NCBI GenBank assembly: GCA_964618015.1
Contig: CAZTZA010000005.1
Span: 16,113-50,472, forward strand
Direction: 5' to 3'
Length of the DNA: 34,360 bases
Origin: an uncultured Spirochaetaceae bacterium
Lineage (GTDB): Bacteria; Spirochaetota; Spirochaetia; SZUA-6; Bin103
Made by a program: the position numbers and the translations under genes. Position 1 is the stretch's first letter. Each line of letters opens with the position of its first letter. A model generated the notes under the pieces. That model did not search any database, had not been told where the DNA came from, and saw only the letters and a program-made list of their open reading frames with translations. Shown here one piece after another: positions 19,225 through 28,238 of this stretch.

Positions 19225-19508
19225 CTACCGAAGACCAGCCGCAATATATCAACGGAAGAACGCCTTTAATGGCACCATTGGTCAGCCTAATGGTTTTAGC
19301 GGAATACCAAATTTCCATCTTCAAGAAACTGGGGAAGATCAGCGTACTATCGGGTGAATTCTCTGCCCATGTTTTCCTAACCCTAGAAGAAAATTAAAGC
19401 AGAAACCACGCTATAATGAACTTGGATAGATATATATCAGAATAATTTAAGATCAATATCTATACTAACCAAGTTAATCTCAGGACTACTTAAGGAACAA
19501 GCATTTTC

Positions 19509-19832
19509 ATGAGCCGCACAAAAGAAAACAGGCCATTTCAATGCATCCGTTGCGGGTCTGAAGTTGGCCCCTCAACCGATGGTAGTTACCGTAATCACTG
19601 CCCTTTTTGCCTCTACTCTTTGCACATAGATCTGGATCCTGGGGATCGTCAAAGCCTCTGCCGAGGCCTAATGCAACCCGTCGGTCTTCGCCAGCGCCGA
19701 AGCAAACACCTGCAGCTCGTACACCGATGCAACCGTTGCGGCCACGTAAAAGCTAACCGAGTGGTCGAGATCGGACATCAGCCGGACTCCATTGATGTGA
19801 TGGTTTCTTTGCCGGCTGATAATGACCCTTGA
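19509..19832 (+). CDS. RNHCP domain-containing protein
   Basis: FQCIRCG...RNHCPFCLYS.H.D..PGDR...CRGLM.P...HRCNRCG. Confidence 0.92.
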   Translation: MSRTKENRPFQCIRCGSEVGPSTDGSYRNHCPFCLYSLHIDLDPGDRQSLCRGLMQPVGLRQRRSKHLQLVHRCNRCGHVKANRVVEIGHQPDSIDVMVSLPADNDP

Positions 19833-20118
19833 ATACTTCCTTCGGAAAAACTATCTGTTCCTATCTGCTTAGAACCAATCGTGAAATTGGACTAACTCGC
19901 GCTCGATCCCGGCGGCCCCCCCCATCGTAGACACCTGATACTCTGACACCCTGACTGGTGATCCCTAAAGGTTAAAACTCATTGTGTCCCCTCAGGGACT
20001 GGGCATCAGCAGCAAAGAATACGATTCCTTTACCTATAAAAAAATGCTATTAATTCGTCACCTGCCCCTCAAAACCCAGATCCTCTGGCAGTGTGATTCA
20101 TAGTTGTCGGCATTACGG

Positions 20119-21078
20119 CTATTGAGAACTAACCTGAGTAAGATCTATGGGATTGCTCCAGGCTTTCCTTCCGTGACAGTCCATCACCTCTACCCGAACC
20201 CAGTCAGCCTGCGGCAGCGGTATTGTCGCCTGCTCAAAAGGATTTTCCGGGTCCAAAGGTCCGGCAGGATAATCCGCACCATCACGGTTGCAAATCGCAG
20301 TAACCCTCAATGCCTCTGAGCAAGACACCTTCAGCTCGAAATGGTGCAAAGCATCCTTTTGATCAGTTGAGACGTCGACTGAAAGCTCATGAATCTCTGG
20401 CCCACTGGTGCAATAGGAAGAGCCTTTCTCAATCGCCTCAACGATCGCCCCTGGCGTTCTGTCGGCCGAACGCACCATGGTCCATCCCTGGAATCGATCT
20501 TCACCGTGCCGTGGTCCATGGCAGTCATCGTTTGCAATCGCCGGAAGAAGATGTTTCGAATGGTCAAGCCAATCGTCCCATATTTGCCCAGACTCTCCAC
20601 GTCCCATCCGCTGGCACACTGTATTGAAAATCTCGACTCCCGATAAACCAGATAGCGGTAGCACATCTCTCCTTACGTTTATGCTATTCCAGTGGGGATG
20701 TGCCAGCCAGACCGAACCACCCTGCTCACGAATTGCATCTATAACGTCCTGTGGTTGCATCTTTTTGGCATCAATATTTTCGAAAAAATTATATGCTAGA
20801 AGATGGTAGCGCAGTCCCCCAAATGGGTTTTCCGGATGGAGTTCCGCTCCCTGGATGAGAATCATCTCATCCGGAACAGAAACATTATCAATTAAAGTAA
20901 GCTTATGATGATCGGACAGACACAGGAAGTCGTACCCTTGATCCCAATATTCAGCAACACGAGAGTCAGGGCTTACATCGCCATCTGACTCTGTGGTGTG
21001 AGCATGGAGGTTGCCCTTCAACCAAACACCCCCTGCGTCCTGTCCGAACGGATTGTCCAAATGGCTTGATAATCTCAT
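20119..21078 (-). CDS. PHP-domain metallohydrolase (CehA/McbA-like)
   Basis: WLKGNLHAHTTESDG, SDH, AHP, VEIFN, NDDCH and C-terminal AWSNPI. ATG 21078 has a CAGGAG SD. Confidence 0.85.
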   Translation of the reverse strand: MRLSSHLDNPFGQDAGGVWLKGNLHAHTTESDGDVSPDSRVAEYWDQGYDFLCLSDHHKLTLIDNVSVPDEMILIQGAELHPENPFGGLRYHLLAYNFFENIDAKKMQPQDVIDAIREQGGSVWLAHPHWNSINVRRDVLPLSGLSGVEIFNTVCQRMGRGESGQIWDDWLDHSKHLLPAIANDDCHGPRHGEDRFQGWTMVRSADRTPGAIVEAIEKGSSYCTSGPEIHELSVDVSTDQKDALHHFELKVSCSEALRVTAICNRDGADYPAGPLDPENPFEQATIPLPQADWVRVEVMDCHGRKAWSNPIDLTQVSSQ

Positions 21079-21289
21079 CGCAGACTCCTGTTTGACTATT
21101 TTGTTCGTCGTACTATAGCGTCTCAATCATATTAGTCGAATATCATATGCTCTATAGCCATTCGGAGTAGGGAAGAAGCACAAATTTTGCTCAACATAAC
21201 AGCAGAAAAAGCCAACCGCTCTCCCATTAAATCTCGCTTGGCGAAAAAACCTACCTGACCTAGCTGATCAGCGCATACTTCATGACATT

Positions 21290-21324
21290 CTGTTATTCAC
21301 CCAACATCGTTGGCTGAATAACAG
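21290..21324. other. Strong stem-loop downstream of PhyH copy 1 (repeated at 22311-22345)
   Basis: CTGTTATTCA-C-CCAAC-ATC-GTTGG-C-TGAATAACAG, 15 pairs with one mismatch and no U-tract. Confidence 0.65.
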
Positions 21325-21345
21325 GTCCCGATCGCCAAGTACTAA

Positions 21346-22110
21346 CTACAAGCAGCCCGGAAACCGACGACCCCGGATGGTGATGTGGTCATGACGGTCA
21401 CCGCTAAACCTGCAACGAGCGCTGGCATAATGAGTAGCATAACCCCAGCGCGATCGATCGGTAAGATTCGGGCGACTGGCATGGAGAGTCAGGCCATGAT
21501 GGAAACTGCAACTTCCAGGAGCTAACTCTACAGGACGAGCTTCTGGCGGTTCCACGCCATCGATAGGCTCATAACTCCGCCAAAACTCTTTATCGGTCAC
21601 CCCTTGTAAGTGACTGCCCGGAATCATCCATAGACAACCGTTTTCAATTGAGGCCTCGTCCAAAGCGCACCAACAAGTGACTATTTGGTCAGGGGGATCT
21701 AAATCAAAACCGGACGGAGCATCTTGATGGTATCTCCGTCGTGACCCAACGCGTGGAGGCTTCATGAATAGTTGATCCTGCGCCAGTACGATGTCAGGAC
21801 CTAACAGTGCTTCGATGATGTCAATAATCCTGTCTTCTCGCGCGTGCTCCAAAAATATTGGATCCTCGAACGCCACATGGGCCATCTTGCGAAGAGATGA
21901 TGCATAGCCTTCCATTGGCACTTCTTCACCCATCTCGACACGTGGCTCTACTTGCCTGCTTCCTTTAGTTAAATTAACTCCATCGGCAGATGATAGTTCT
22001 TCGATACGACGACGCAGCGGTTCCAGATCGCCAACGTCAAAAAGATTCTCTACGATCAAATAGCCGTCGTTGTGAAACTTTTTTACGTGTTCATCCCGAA
22101 GTTGGAACAT
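21346..22110 (-). CDS. Phytanoyl-CoA dioxygenase (PhyH) family Fe(II)/2-oxoglutarate oxygenase, copy 1
   Basis: FHNDGYL, KPP, HQD, ENGCL..IPGSH and H...H.S.PN....R motifs. Confidence 0.92.
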   Translation of the reverse strand: MFQLRDEHVKKFHNDGYLIVENLFDVGDLEPLRRRIEELSSADGVNLTKGSRQVEPRVEMGEEVPMEGYASSLRKMAHVAFEDPIFLEHAREDRIIDIIEALLGPDIVLAQDQLFMKPPRVGSRRRYHQDAPSGFDLDPPDQIVTCWCALDEASIENGCLWMIPGSHLQGVTDKEFWRSYEPIDGVEPPEARPVELAPGSCSFHHGLTLHASRPNLTDRSRWGYATHYASARCRFSGDRHDHITIRGRRFPGCL

Positions 22111-22366
22111 CTACACAGCTTAGCGCGTGTTTCGTAGACCATCAATAAAGATAGAGTTAATAGCAATGCCACCATATCTCCTTAGTTCAGAAATAACGTG
22201 ACATCGACGTCGCACTAACTCCGGCAGGCAAGCTGGCCGCTCTCCCATTAAATCTCGCTTGGCGAAAAAACCTACCTGACCTAGCTGATCAGCGCATACT
22301 TCATGACATTCTGTTATTCACCCAACATCGTTGGCTGAATAACAGGTCCCGATCGCCAAGTACTAA

Positions 22367-23131
22367 CTACAAGCAGCCCGGAAACCGACGACCCCGGATG
22401 GTGATGTGGTCATGACGGTCACCGCTAAACCTGCAACGAGCGCTGGCATAATGAGTAGCATAACCCCAGCGCGATCGATCGGTAAGATTCGGGCGACTGG
22501 CATGGAGAGTCAGGCCATGATGGAAACTGCAACTTCCAGGAGCTAACTCTACAGGACGAGCTTCTGGCGGTTCCACGCCATCGATAGGCTCATAACTCCG
22601 CCAAAACTCTTTATCGGTCACCCCTTGTAAGTGACTGCCCGGAATCATCCATAGACAACCGTTTTCAATTGAGGCCTCGTCCAAAGCGCACCAACAAGTG
22701 ACTATTTGGTCAGGGGGATCTAAATCAAAACCGGACGGAGCATCTTGATGGTATCTCCGTCGTGACCCAACGCGTGGAGGCTTCATGAATAGTTGATCCT
22801 GCGCCAGTACGATGTCAGGACCTAACAGTGCTTCGATGATGTCAATAATCCTGTCTTCTCGCGCGTGCTCCAAAAATATTGGATCCTCGAACGCCACATG
22901 GGCCATCTTGCGAAGAGATGATGCATAGCCTTCCATTGGCACTTCTTCACCCATCTCGACACGTGGCTCTACTTGCCTGCTTCCTTTAGTTAAATTAACT
23001 CCATCGGCAGATGATAGTTCTTCGATACGACGACGCAGCGGTTCCAGATCGCCAACGTCAAAAAGATTCTCTACGATCAAATAGCCGTCGTTGTGAAACT
23101 TTTTTACGTGTTCATCCCGAAGTTGGAACAT
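22367..23131 (-). CDS. PhyH family dioxygenase, copy 2 (identical)
   Basis: Protein identical to 21346..22110. Confidence 0.9.
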   Translation of the reverse strand: MFQLRDEHVKKFHNDGYLIVENLFDVGDLEPLRRRIEELSSADGVNLTKGSRQVEPRVEMGEEVPMEGYASSLRKMAHVAFEDPIFLEHAREDRIIDIIEALLGPDIVLAQDQLFMKPPRVGSRRRYHQDAPSGFDLDPPDQIVTCWCALDEASIENGCLWMIPGSHLQGVTDKEFWRSYEPIDGVEPPEARPVELAPGSCSFHHGLTLHASRPNLTDRSRWGYATHYASARCRFSGDRHDHITIRGRRFPGCL

Positions 23132-23699
23132 CTACACAGCTTAGCGCGTGTTTCGTAGACCATCAATAAAGATAGAGTTAATAGCAATGCCACCATATCT
23201 CCTTAGTTCAGAAATAACGTGACATCGACGTCGCACTAACTCCGGCAGGCAAGCTGGCCGAATACCGACGGATAGACCGTGCGCAGTAACACTACTACCG
23301 AATAATAGATCCAATCCGGCACCTCACGGATCATGTCAAACGGATTGTCCCCTACCCAACTACGCCGTTGCTCAATCTCTTGATGAAGCACCAGAATTCA
23401 ATGGTTTTTTCACTGGCAAAGAGAAAAAATCTACCTGTCACCGCAACTATTTCCGCCTCGTTGTTAACTCGGTCATTTTATAGATGCCCTAGTTCAATTG
23501 AATTCTTTCTGGGCATCGTCGCATCGGATAATGCCACGTTTGCCCAATTGCTCCTTGTTCATAGGGCATCATTATCATGATCTGGACTTATATCTCAGTA
23601 GATCAGGGAAGACCTAATCTACATTGTAAATATTTGCCATAGTTCGGGAAACTGAAAGGTTGTCGAATTTTTCCTAAACTCGTAGGCTCACGGGTTCTC

Positions 23700-24842
23700 A
23701 TGCGCATCACCGACGTCCGGACCTTTTTGGTTTCAGCCGGTACACCCAACCGTTCAACATGGCGCCACTGGCTGTTTGTGAAAGTACACACTGATAGCGG
23801 TATTTATGGAGTTGGTGAATGCTGGGGCTGGCCTAGGGTAGTGCAGACGGCGATCGCTGACCTGAGACCGTTGGTAGTCGGTGAGGACCCGTTTCTGATT
23901 GAGCGTATTTGGCAAAAATTGTTCACTTCAACACAAGGTCATGGCATGACTGGCGTTGTTGGAAGCGGCGCTATTACCGGTATCGAGATGGCACTCTGGG
24001 ACCTTAAAGGAAAGGCACTGGAAACACCTGTTTGGAACCTACTCGGCGGCAAAATGCGAAATCGCATCCGGTTATACGGGCACGCCTTTGACAAGGATCG
24101 AGCCCGCGATCTGGTAACCCGCGGATTCACAGCTCTGAAGATATTTGGTTCACCGAACGCAGTCCGACGAACCGCACTTCTCCGTAAAGAGTTCGGCCAA
24201 GACATTGACCTGATGGTGGACACAGGCGGTGGACCATGGCAGACACCCGCAGATGCGATCACTCTCGGACGTAAACTGGAGCGCTACGACCTGATGTTCT
24301 ACGAAGATCCAGTCTCCGAAATCGATATTGATGGCTTAGAGCGTGTAGCAAAATCGATAGATATACCTATTGCTATCGGTGAGGCGTATCCCGGTCTGTT
24401 CGCACTCCGCCCGTTGATTGAACGTGGGATCATCGACGTTGCGCAGCCGGATACCGGACGCTTCGGCGGTCTCTGGCAGATGAAAAAGCTTGCCGCAATT
24501 GCAGAGGCACACCAAGTGATGATAGCTCCACATCAAGGATCTCTTGGTCCGGTTGCCGAAGTTGCAGCAATTCATCTCCTATCAACCCTACCCAACTACC
24601 TTATTCATGAACATCTCGTAAACGATGTACCGCAACGGTACGAGGTAATGAGTGGTCAACCAGAAATCGATGATGGGCACATTTTAGTTCCTAATCTACC
24701 TGGCTTAGGAGTTGACCTGGATGAGGAAGCCATCAATCGCTACCCACCCCACAACAATGCTATCCCGGTAACCGAGGATCCAGACTACGACTACCAGTAT
24801 GTGGCTGCTCAACGGCGACGCGCTTCCTGGCTGGATGCCTGA
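23700..24842 (+). CDS. Mandelate racemase/muconate lactonizing enzyme family protein (DgoD-like acid-sugar dehydratase)
   Basis: FVKVHTDSGIYGVGE, ALWDLKGK, metal ligands in MVD/YEDP/IGE, QPD, APH and PGLGVD. Confidence 0.9.
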   Translation: MRITDVRTFLVSAGTPNRSTWRHWLFVKVHTDSGIYGVGECWGWPRVVQTAIADLRPLVVGEDPFLIERIWQKLFTSTQGHGMTGVVGSGAITGIEMALWDLKGKALETPVWNLLGGKMRNRIRLYGHAFDKDRARDLVTRGFTALKIFGSPNAVRRTALLRKEFGQDIDLMVDTGGGPWQTPADAITLGRKLERYDLMFYEDPVSEIDIDGLERVAKSIDIPIAIGEAYPGLFALRPLIERGIIDVAQPDTGRFGGLWQMKKLAAIAEAHQVMIAPHQGSLGPVAEVAAIHLLSTLPNYLIHEHLVNDVPQRYEVMSGQPEIDDGHILVPNLPGLGVDLDEEAINRYPPHNNAIPVTEDPDYDYQYVAAQRRRASWLDA

Positions 24843-24880
24843 TCTTATATGAGTCCAGCATTCGCTCCTTAAGAACTAGG

Positions 24881-25813
24881 ATGAAAACGTCTCATATTTT
24901 CGCTGGGAACCCCCTCGACCGAGCAGAAAGGGAACGCCGCGATGAAGCATGGATAGAAGCCGCCCTGCGTGATAGCAACAGTCGCTTCCTACCGTTCTAC
25001 AATCTCGATGTACCGTTGCTGGGCTCCCCACATTCTGTTCTATGCTGGCTTACTTCTAACCAACTCTGGTCTTCGGTACCGCATGCCGACCCTGTGCTAT
25101 TAGGAAATGTAGATGCCACAGCCCACTTTGCGGTAGATCTATCCAATTACGCTACTGCCATAGACTCGATTAAAAATGACCTTGGATGGAGATTTGAGAA
25201 TTGTCGTACTGCAGGAGGACTGCTGACAGTCTCTGAAACTGGCATCCTTGCGCAAGGAAGATCACAAATAGATTGGCACGCCCGTCACGGCTTCTGCTCC
25301 ATCTGTGGCAGCCAAACTGTAAAAAGACGTGGAGGCCAAGTACGTCAGTGCTCTGCTTGTAAAGCTGACCACTTCCCTCGCACTGATCCAGTAGTTATCA
25401 CGATAGTCGGGGATTTGCCTGGCAATCGCTGCCTGCTTGGTCAGTCGCATGGTCGATTATCTCGAACGCACACCTATTCAGCGATAGCCGGATTCGTGGA
25501 CCAAGGAGAAACACTTGAGGAAGCTGTTTCACGAGAAGTTATGGAAGAAGCGGGTATACGGGTTAAAAACATCCGATACCACTCCTCGCAACCATGGCCA
25601 TTTCCTTCCTCCCTAATGCTTGGCTGTATAGCAGATGCTAAAACAACTACAATACAAATGGATAGTGAAGAAATGTCAGACGTCCGCTGGTTTGATCGTC
25701 GCGAGGTATTACTAGCGCTAAATGAAGAAAGTTCTATCCTGACCGTTCCGGGGCCAGTCGCTATCGCTCATCACCTGATCAAAGCATGGGCAACCTCCAC
25801 TCCATCACAATAA
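24881..25813 (+). CDS. nudC: NADH pyrophosphatase / NAD-cap decapping Nudix hydrolase
   Basis: Zinc ribbon CSIC...CSAC, FPRTDP, Nudix box GFVDQGETLEEAVSREVMEEAG and SQPWPFP signature. Confidence 0.95.
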   Translation: MKTSHIFAGNPLDRAERERRDEAWIEAALRDSNSRFLPFYNLDVPLLGSPHSVLCWLTSNQLWSSVPHADPVLLGNVDATAHFAVDLSNYATAIDSIKNDLGWRFENCRTAGGLLTVSETGILAQGRSQIDWHARHGFCSICGSQTVKRRGGQVRQCSACKADHFPRTDPVVITIVGDLPGNRCLLGQSHGRLSRTHTYSAIAGFVDQGETLEEAVSREVMEEAGIRVKNIRYHSSQPWPFPSSLMLGCIADAKTTTIQMDSEEMSDVRWFDRREVLLALNEESSILTVPGPVAIAHHLIKAWATSTPSQ

Positions 25814-26186
25814 AACCTGACACCAATAATTCGATCAAACATCAAGCAACTTAATTATGTCATACAGTCTTCTTATTTTTAAAAATGTAAAAAATAATAG
25901 TTAGATATTACCTATATATATTACAAAAATATACTTAATAAATACATATTATACGTTCTTAAACGTTTCAATTAACCTTACTAATTTATCAATAAAAATT
26001 TTAATTTTGTCAGTAATTGTAAACCACTGGTGGATAATATTAGGACAAATATCCTTTGATAATTACGAATAACAGGAGTTCAATAAATATTTATAGATCA
26101 TAAAATCTCCAAGAAAGATATCTTTAACAGACGCCATGGATAGTGGCGCTCAGAAAGGAATAACCCTATACTCATCTCCTGACGGC

Positions 26187-28094
26187 ATGAACTCTTTGCG
26201 AGCACGAGCTTTAATTTTCCTGCTAATCGCATTATCAATTAGTTCGGTTAAGGCAACAGCTGATCAGATTCACTCTGTTGCCCGTCGTTGGAACGAGGTG
26301 CTCCTAGAGGCAATTCGCAACGATTTCGCACGTCCACCGATACATGCACGGAACCTCTATCACGTTTCCGTTGCTATGTGGGATGCGTGGGCCACCTACG
26401 ATGAAACTGCTCTCCCAGTCCTCGTACGAGAAGAAAGAACCCTCCTGCCTGACGTACCTACAGCTCGCCATGAAGCAATCAGTTATGCTGCTTATCGCGT
26501 GCTCTACAGTAGATATCGCGACTCACCAGGAGCGTACGAATCACTAACAAGTTTTGAAAGCCTCATGGAAGAGTTCGGCTATGATCCAAAGGAGGATGAT
26601 CTGGATGGGATTAGCCCCGCCGCAGTCGGAAACCGTATAGGCCAAGCAATCATTGAATACGGGTACACCGACGGCTCTGACGAACTGGGCTCCTACGCCT
26701 TCGAGTTTGATTATCGACCCGTCAATACACCACTATTAGTTCAAAAATTTCCGCCCGATTCTGACGGTAATCATACGAACAATGAAGGAACTGACACGGA
26801 CTCAAACCAACTGCCTAACGGCGCTGGAATCGAAACGATAAATGACCCTAACCGTTGGCAGCCTCTAGCGTTAAGATTATTTGTCGACCAAGCCGGTCGC
26901 TTACAACCCGGCAACGTTCAGCGTTTTATCGGCTCACATTGGGGACGAGTAACACCCTTCTCGCTATCGTCAATTAGCACTCAAATGGGTGGCGTATATA
27001 TGGATCCTGGCCCTCCCCCTTTTATCGGCGCAACAGGTGCCAATCTCTATCAAGAAACATTCTCTTCGCTTATCAAATACAGCGCTACCCTAACTCCTAA
27101 TGACAATGTGAAAATTGATATTTCTCCAATGAGTCGGGGCAATAATAGCCTAGGCAAAAACGACGGGGCCGGGTATCGCAATAATCCAACAACAGGCATG
27201 CCGTACGAACAAAATATCGTAAACCGTGGAGACTGGACACGTGTCATCGCTGAATTCTGGGCTGATGGACCAGACTCTGAAACCCCGCCAGGTCACTGGA
27301 ATACACTGGCAAATTACGTTACGGACCATCCAGAACAGAATCGCCGCATAGGCGGAGATGGCACACAACTCGATCCCTTAGAGTGGGACGTAAAATTATA
27401 CTTAGCACTCAACGGAGCAGTACACGATGCCGCTATCTGTGCATGGGGCATCAAAGGCTATTACGACTACGTCCGCCCCATCACAGCTATCCGCTATATG
27501 TCTAAAATGGGCCAATCTTCAGATCCACTGCTTCCACGGTATCACCCTCATGGAATACGCCTTATTCCTGGGTTCGTCGAAGCTATTTCAGAAGATTCAT
27601 CAACAATAGGAGCCCGACATAACCACCTGGCAGAACACATTGGATCTATCGCAGTATTGTCCTGGACTGGAAAGCCAGAAAATCCTGAAACCCAATTCGG
27701 CGGAGTTGACTGGATTCTAGGAACTGACTGGATTCCCTACCAACGTGAAACTTTCGTCACGCCACCTTTTGCAGGATACATATCCGGACACAGCACCTTT
27801 AGTAGAGCAGCGGCAGAAGTTTTGGCAAAGTTCACTGGAAGCAAGTTTTTCCCCGGAGGATTAGGGGAGTACGTAGCCCCAGCCAATGACTTCCTCGTGT
27901 TCGAATCAGGTCCAACTGAGACAGTAATTCTACAATGGGCAACCTACTACGATGCTTCGGACGAGGCTGCAATGTCACGCCTCTACGGTGGCATCCACCC
28001 GAGCGCAGACGACTTACCCGGACGGATTATTGGGTCACGGATAGGCTTATCTGCATTCGAGAAAGCGTTAACCTATTTCGGCAACTACCCATGA
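26187..28094 (+). CDS. Vanadium-dependent haloperoxidase family protein (PAP2 superfamily), probably secreted
   Basis: KGYYDYVRP, PPFAGYISGHS and SRLYGGIH vanadate/phosphate-binding motifs, plus FWADGP. Signal peptide after ATG 26187 (alternative start 26136). Confidence 0.87.
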   Translation: MNSLRARALIFLLIALSISSVKATADQIHSVARRWNEVLLEAIRNDFARPPIHARNLYHVSVAMWDAWATYDETALPVLVREERTLLPDVPTARHEAISYAAYRVLYSRYRDSPGAYESLTSFESLMEEFGYDPKEDDLDGISPAAVGNRIGQAIIEYGYTDGSDELGSYAFEFDYRPVNTPLLVQKFPPDSDGNHTNNEGTDTDSNQLPNGAGIETINDPNRWQPLALRLFVDQAGRLQPGNVQRFIGSHWGRVTPFSLSSISTQMGGVYMDPGPPPFIGATGANLYQETFSSLIKYSATLTPNDNVKIDISPMSRGNNSLGKNDGAGYRNNPTTGMPYEQNIVNRGDWTRVIAEFWADGPDSETPPGHWNTLANYVTDHPEQNRRIGGDGTQLDPLEWDVKLYLALNGAVHDAAICAWGIKGYYDYVRPITAIRYMSKMGQSSDPLLPRYHPHGIRLIPGFVEAISEDSSTIGARHNHLAEHIGSIAVLSWTGKPENPETQFGGVDWILGTDWIPYQRETFVTPPFAGYISGHSTFSRAAAEVLAKFTGSKFFPGGLGEYVAPANDFLVFESGPTETVILQWATYYDASDEAAMSRLYGGIHPSADDLPGRIIGSRIGLSAFEKALTYFGNYP

Positions 28095-28238
28095 CTCGAA
28101 CTGTAGCCGGGATTATTGACCAATTAGAAATCACTCGAAGATATTTAGATCATTTCCATAATTAGTCATAGAAGCACTCCAACCTACCTTTAAACAGACC
28201 ATTGACCCGAGGCGAATAGGCCGGCAAGAATTCACCCT

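Larger units (their letters stand above)
21216..23260. repeat. Exact head-to-tail tandem duplication, unit 1,021 bp
   Basis: 21216-22239 matches 22237-23260 on visual comparison and the encoded proteins are identical. CCG is shared at 21216, 22237 and 23258. Confidence 0.95.

Noticed and set aside
19897-19924. tRNA/tmRNA 3'-end-like string GCTCGATCCCGGCGGCCCCCCCCA as an att remnant
   Set aside because: The T-stem does not pair and the sequence does not match the upstream tRNA-Gly 3' end. No integrase is nearby.
23480-23681. Imperfect inverted repeats in the PhyH/dehydratase divergent spacer (GATGCCC/GGGCATC; AGTTCGGGAAA/TTTCCTAAACT)
   Set aside because: Short or mismatched, and no regulator gene in the window to tie them to. 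Cannot be distinguished from chance.
25814-26135. Replication origin in the AT-rich spacer
   Set aside because: Only one near-consensus DnaA box, and no dnaA/dnaN/gidA or rep gene adjacent.
28091-28165. 24-codon ORF overlapping the haloperoxidase stop (ATGA)
   Set aside because: Too short, no SD or motif, and expected by chance.
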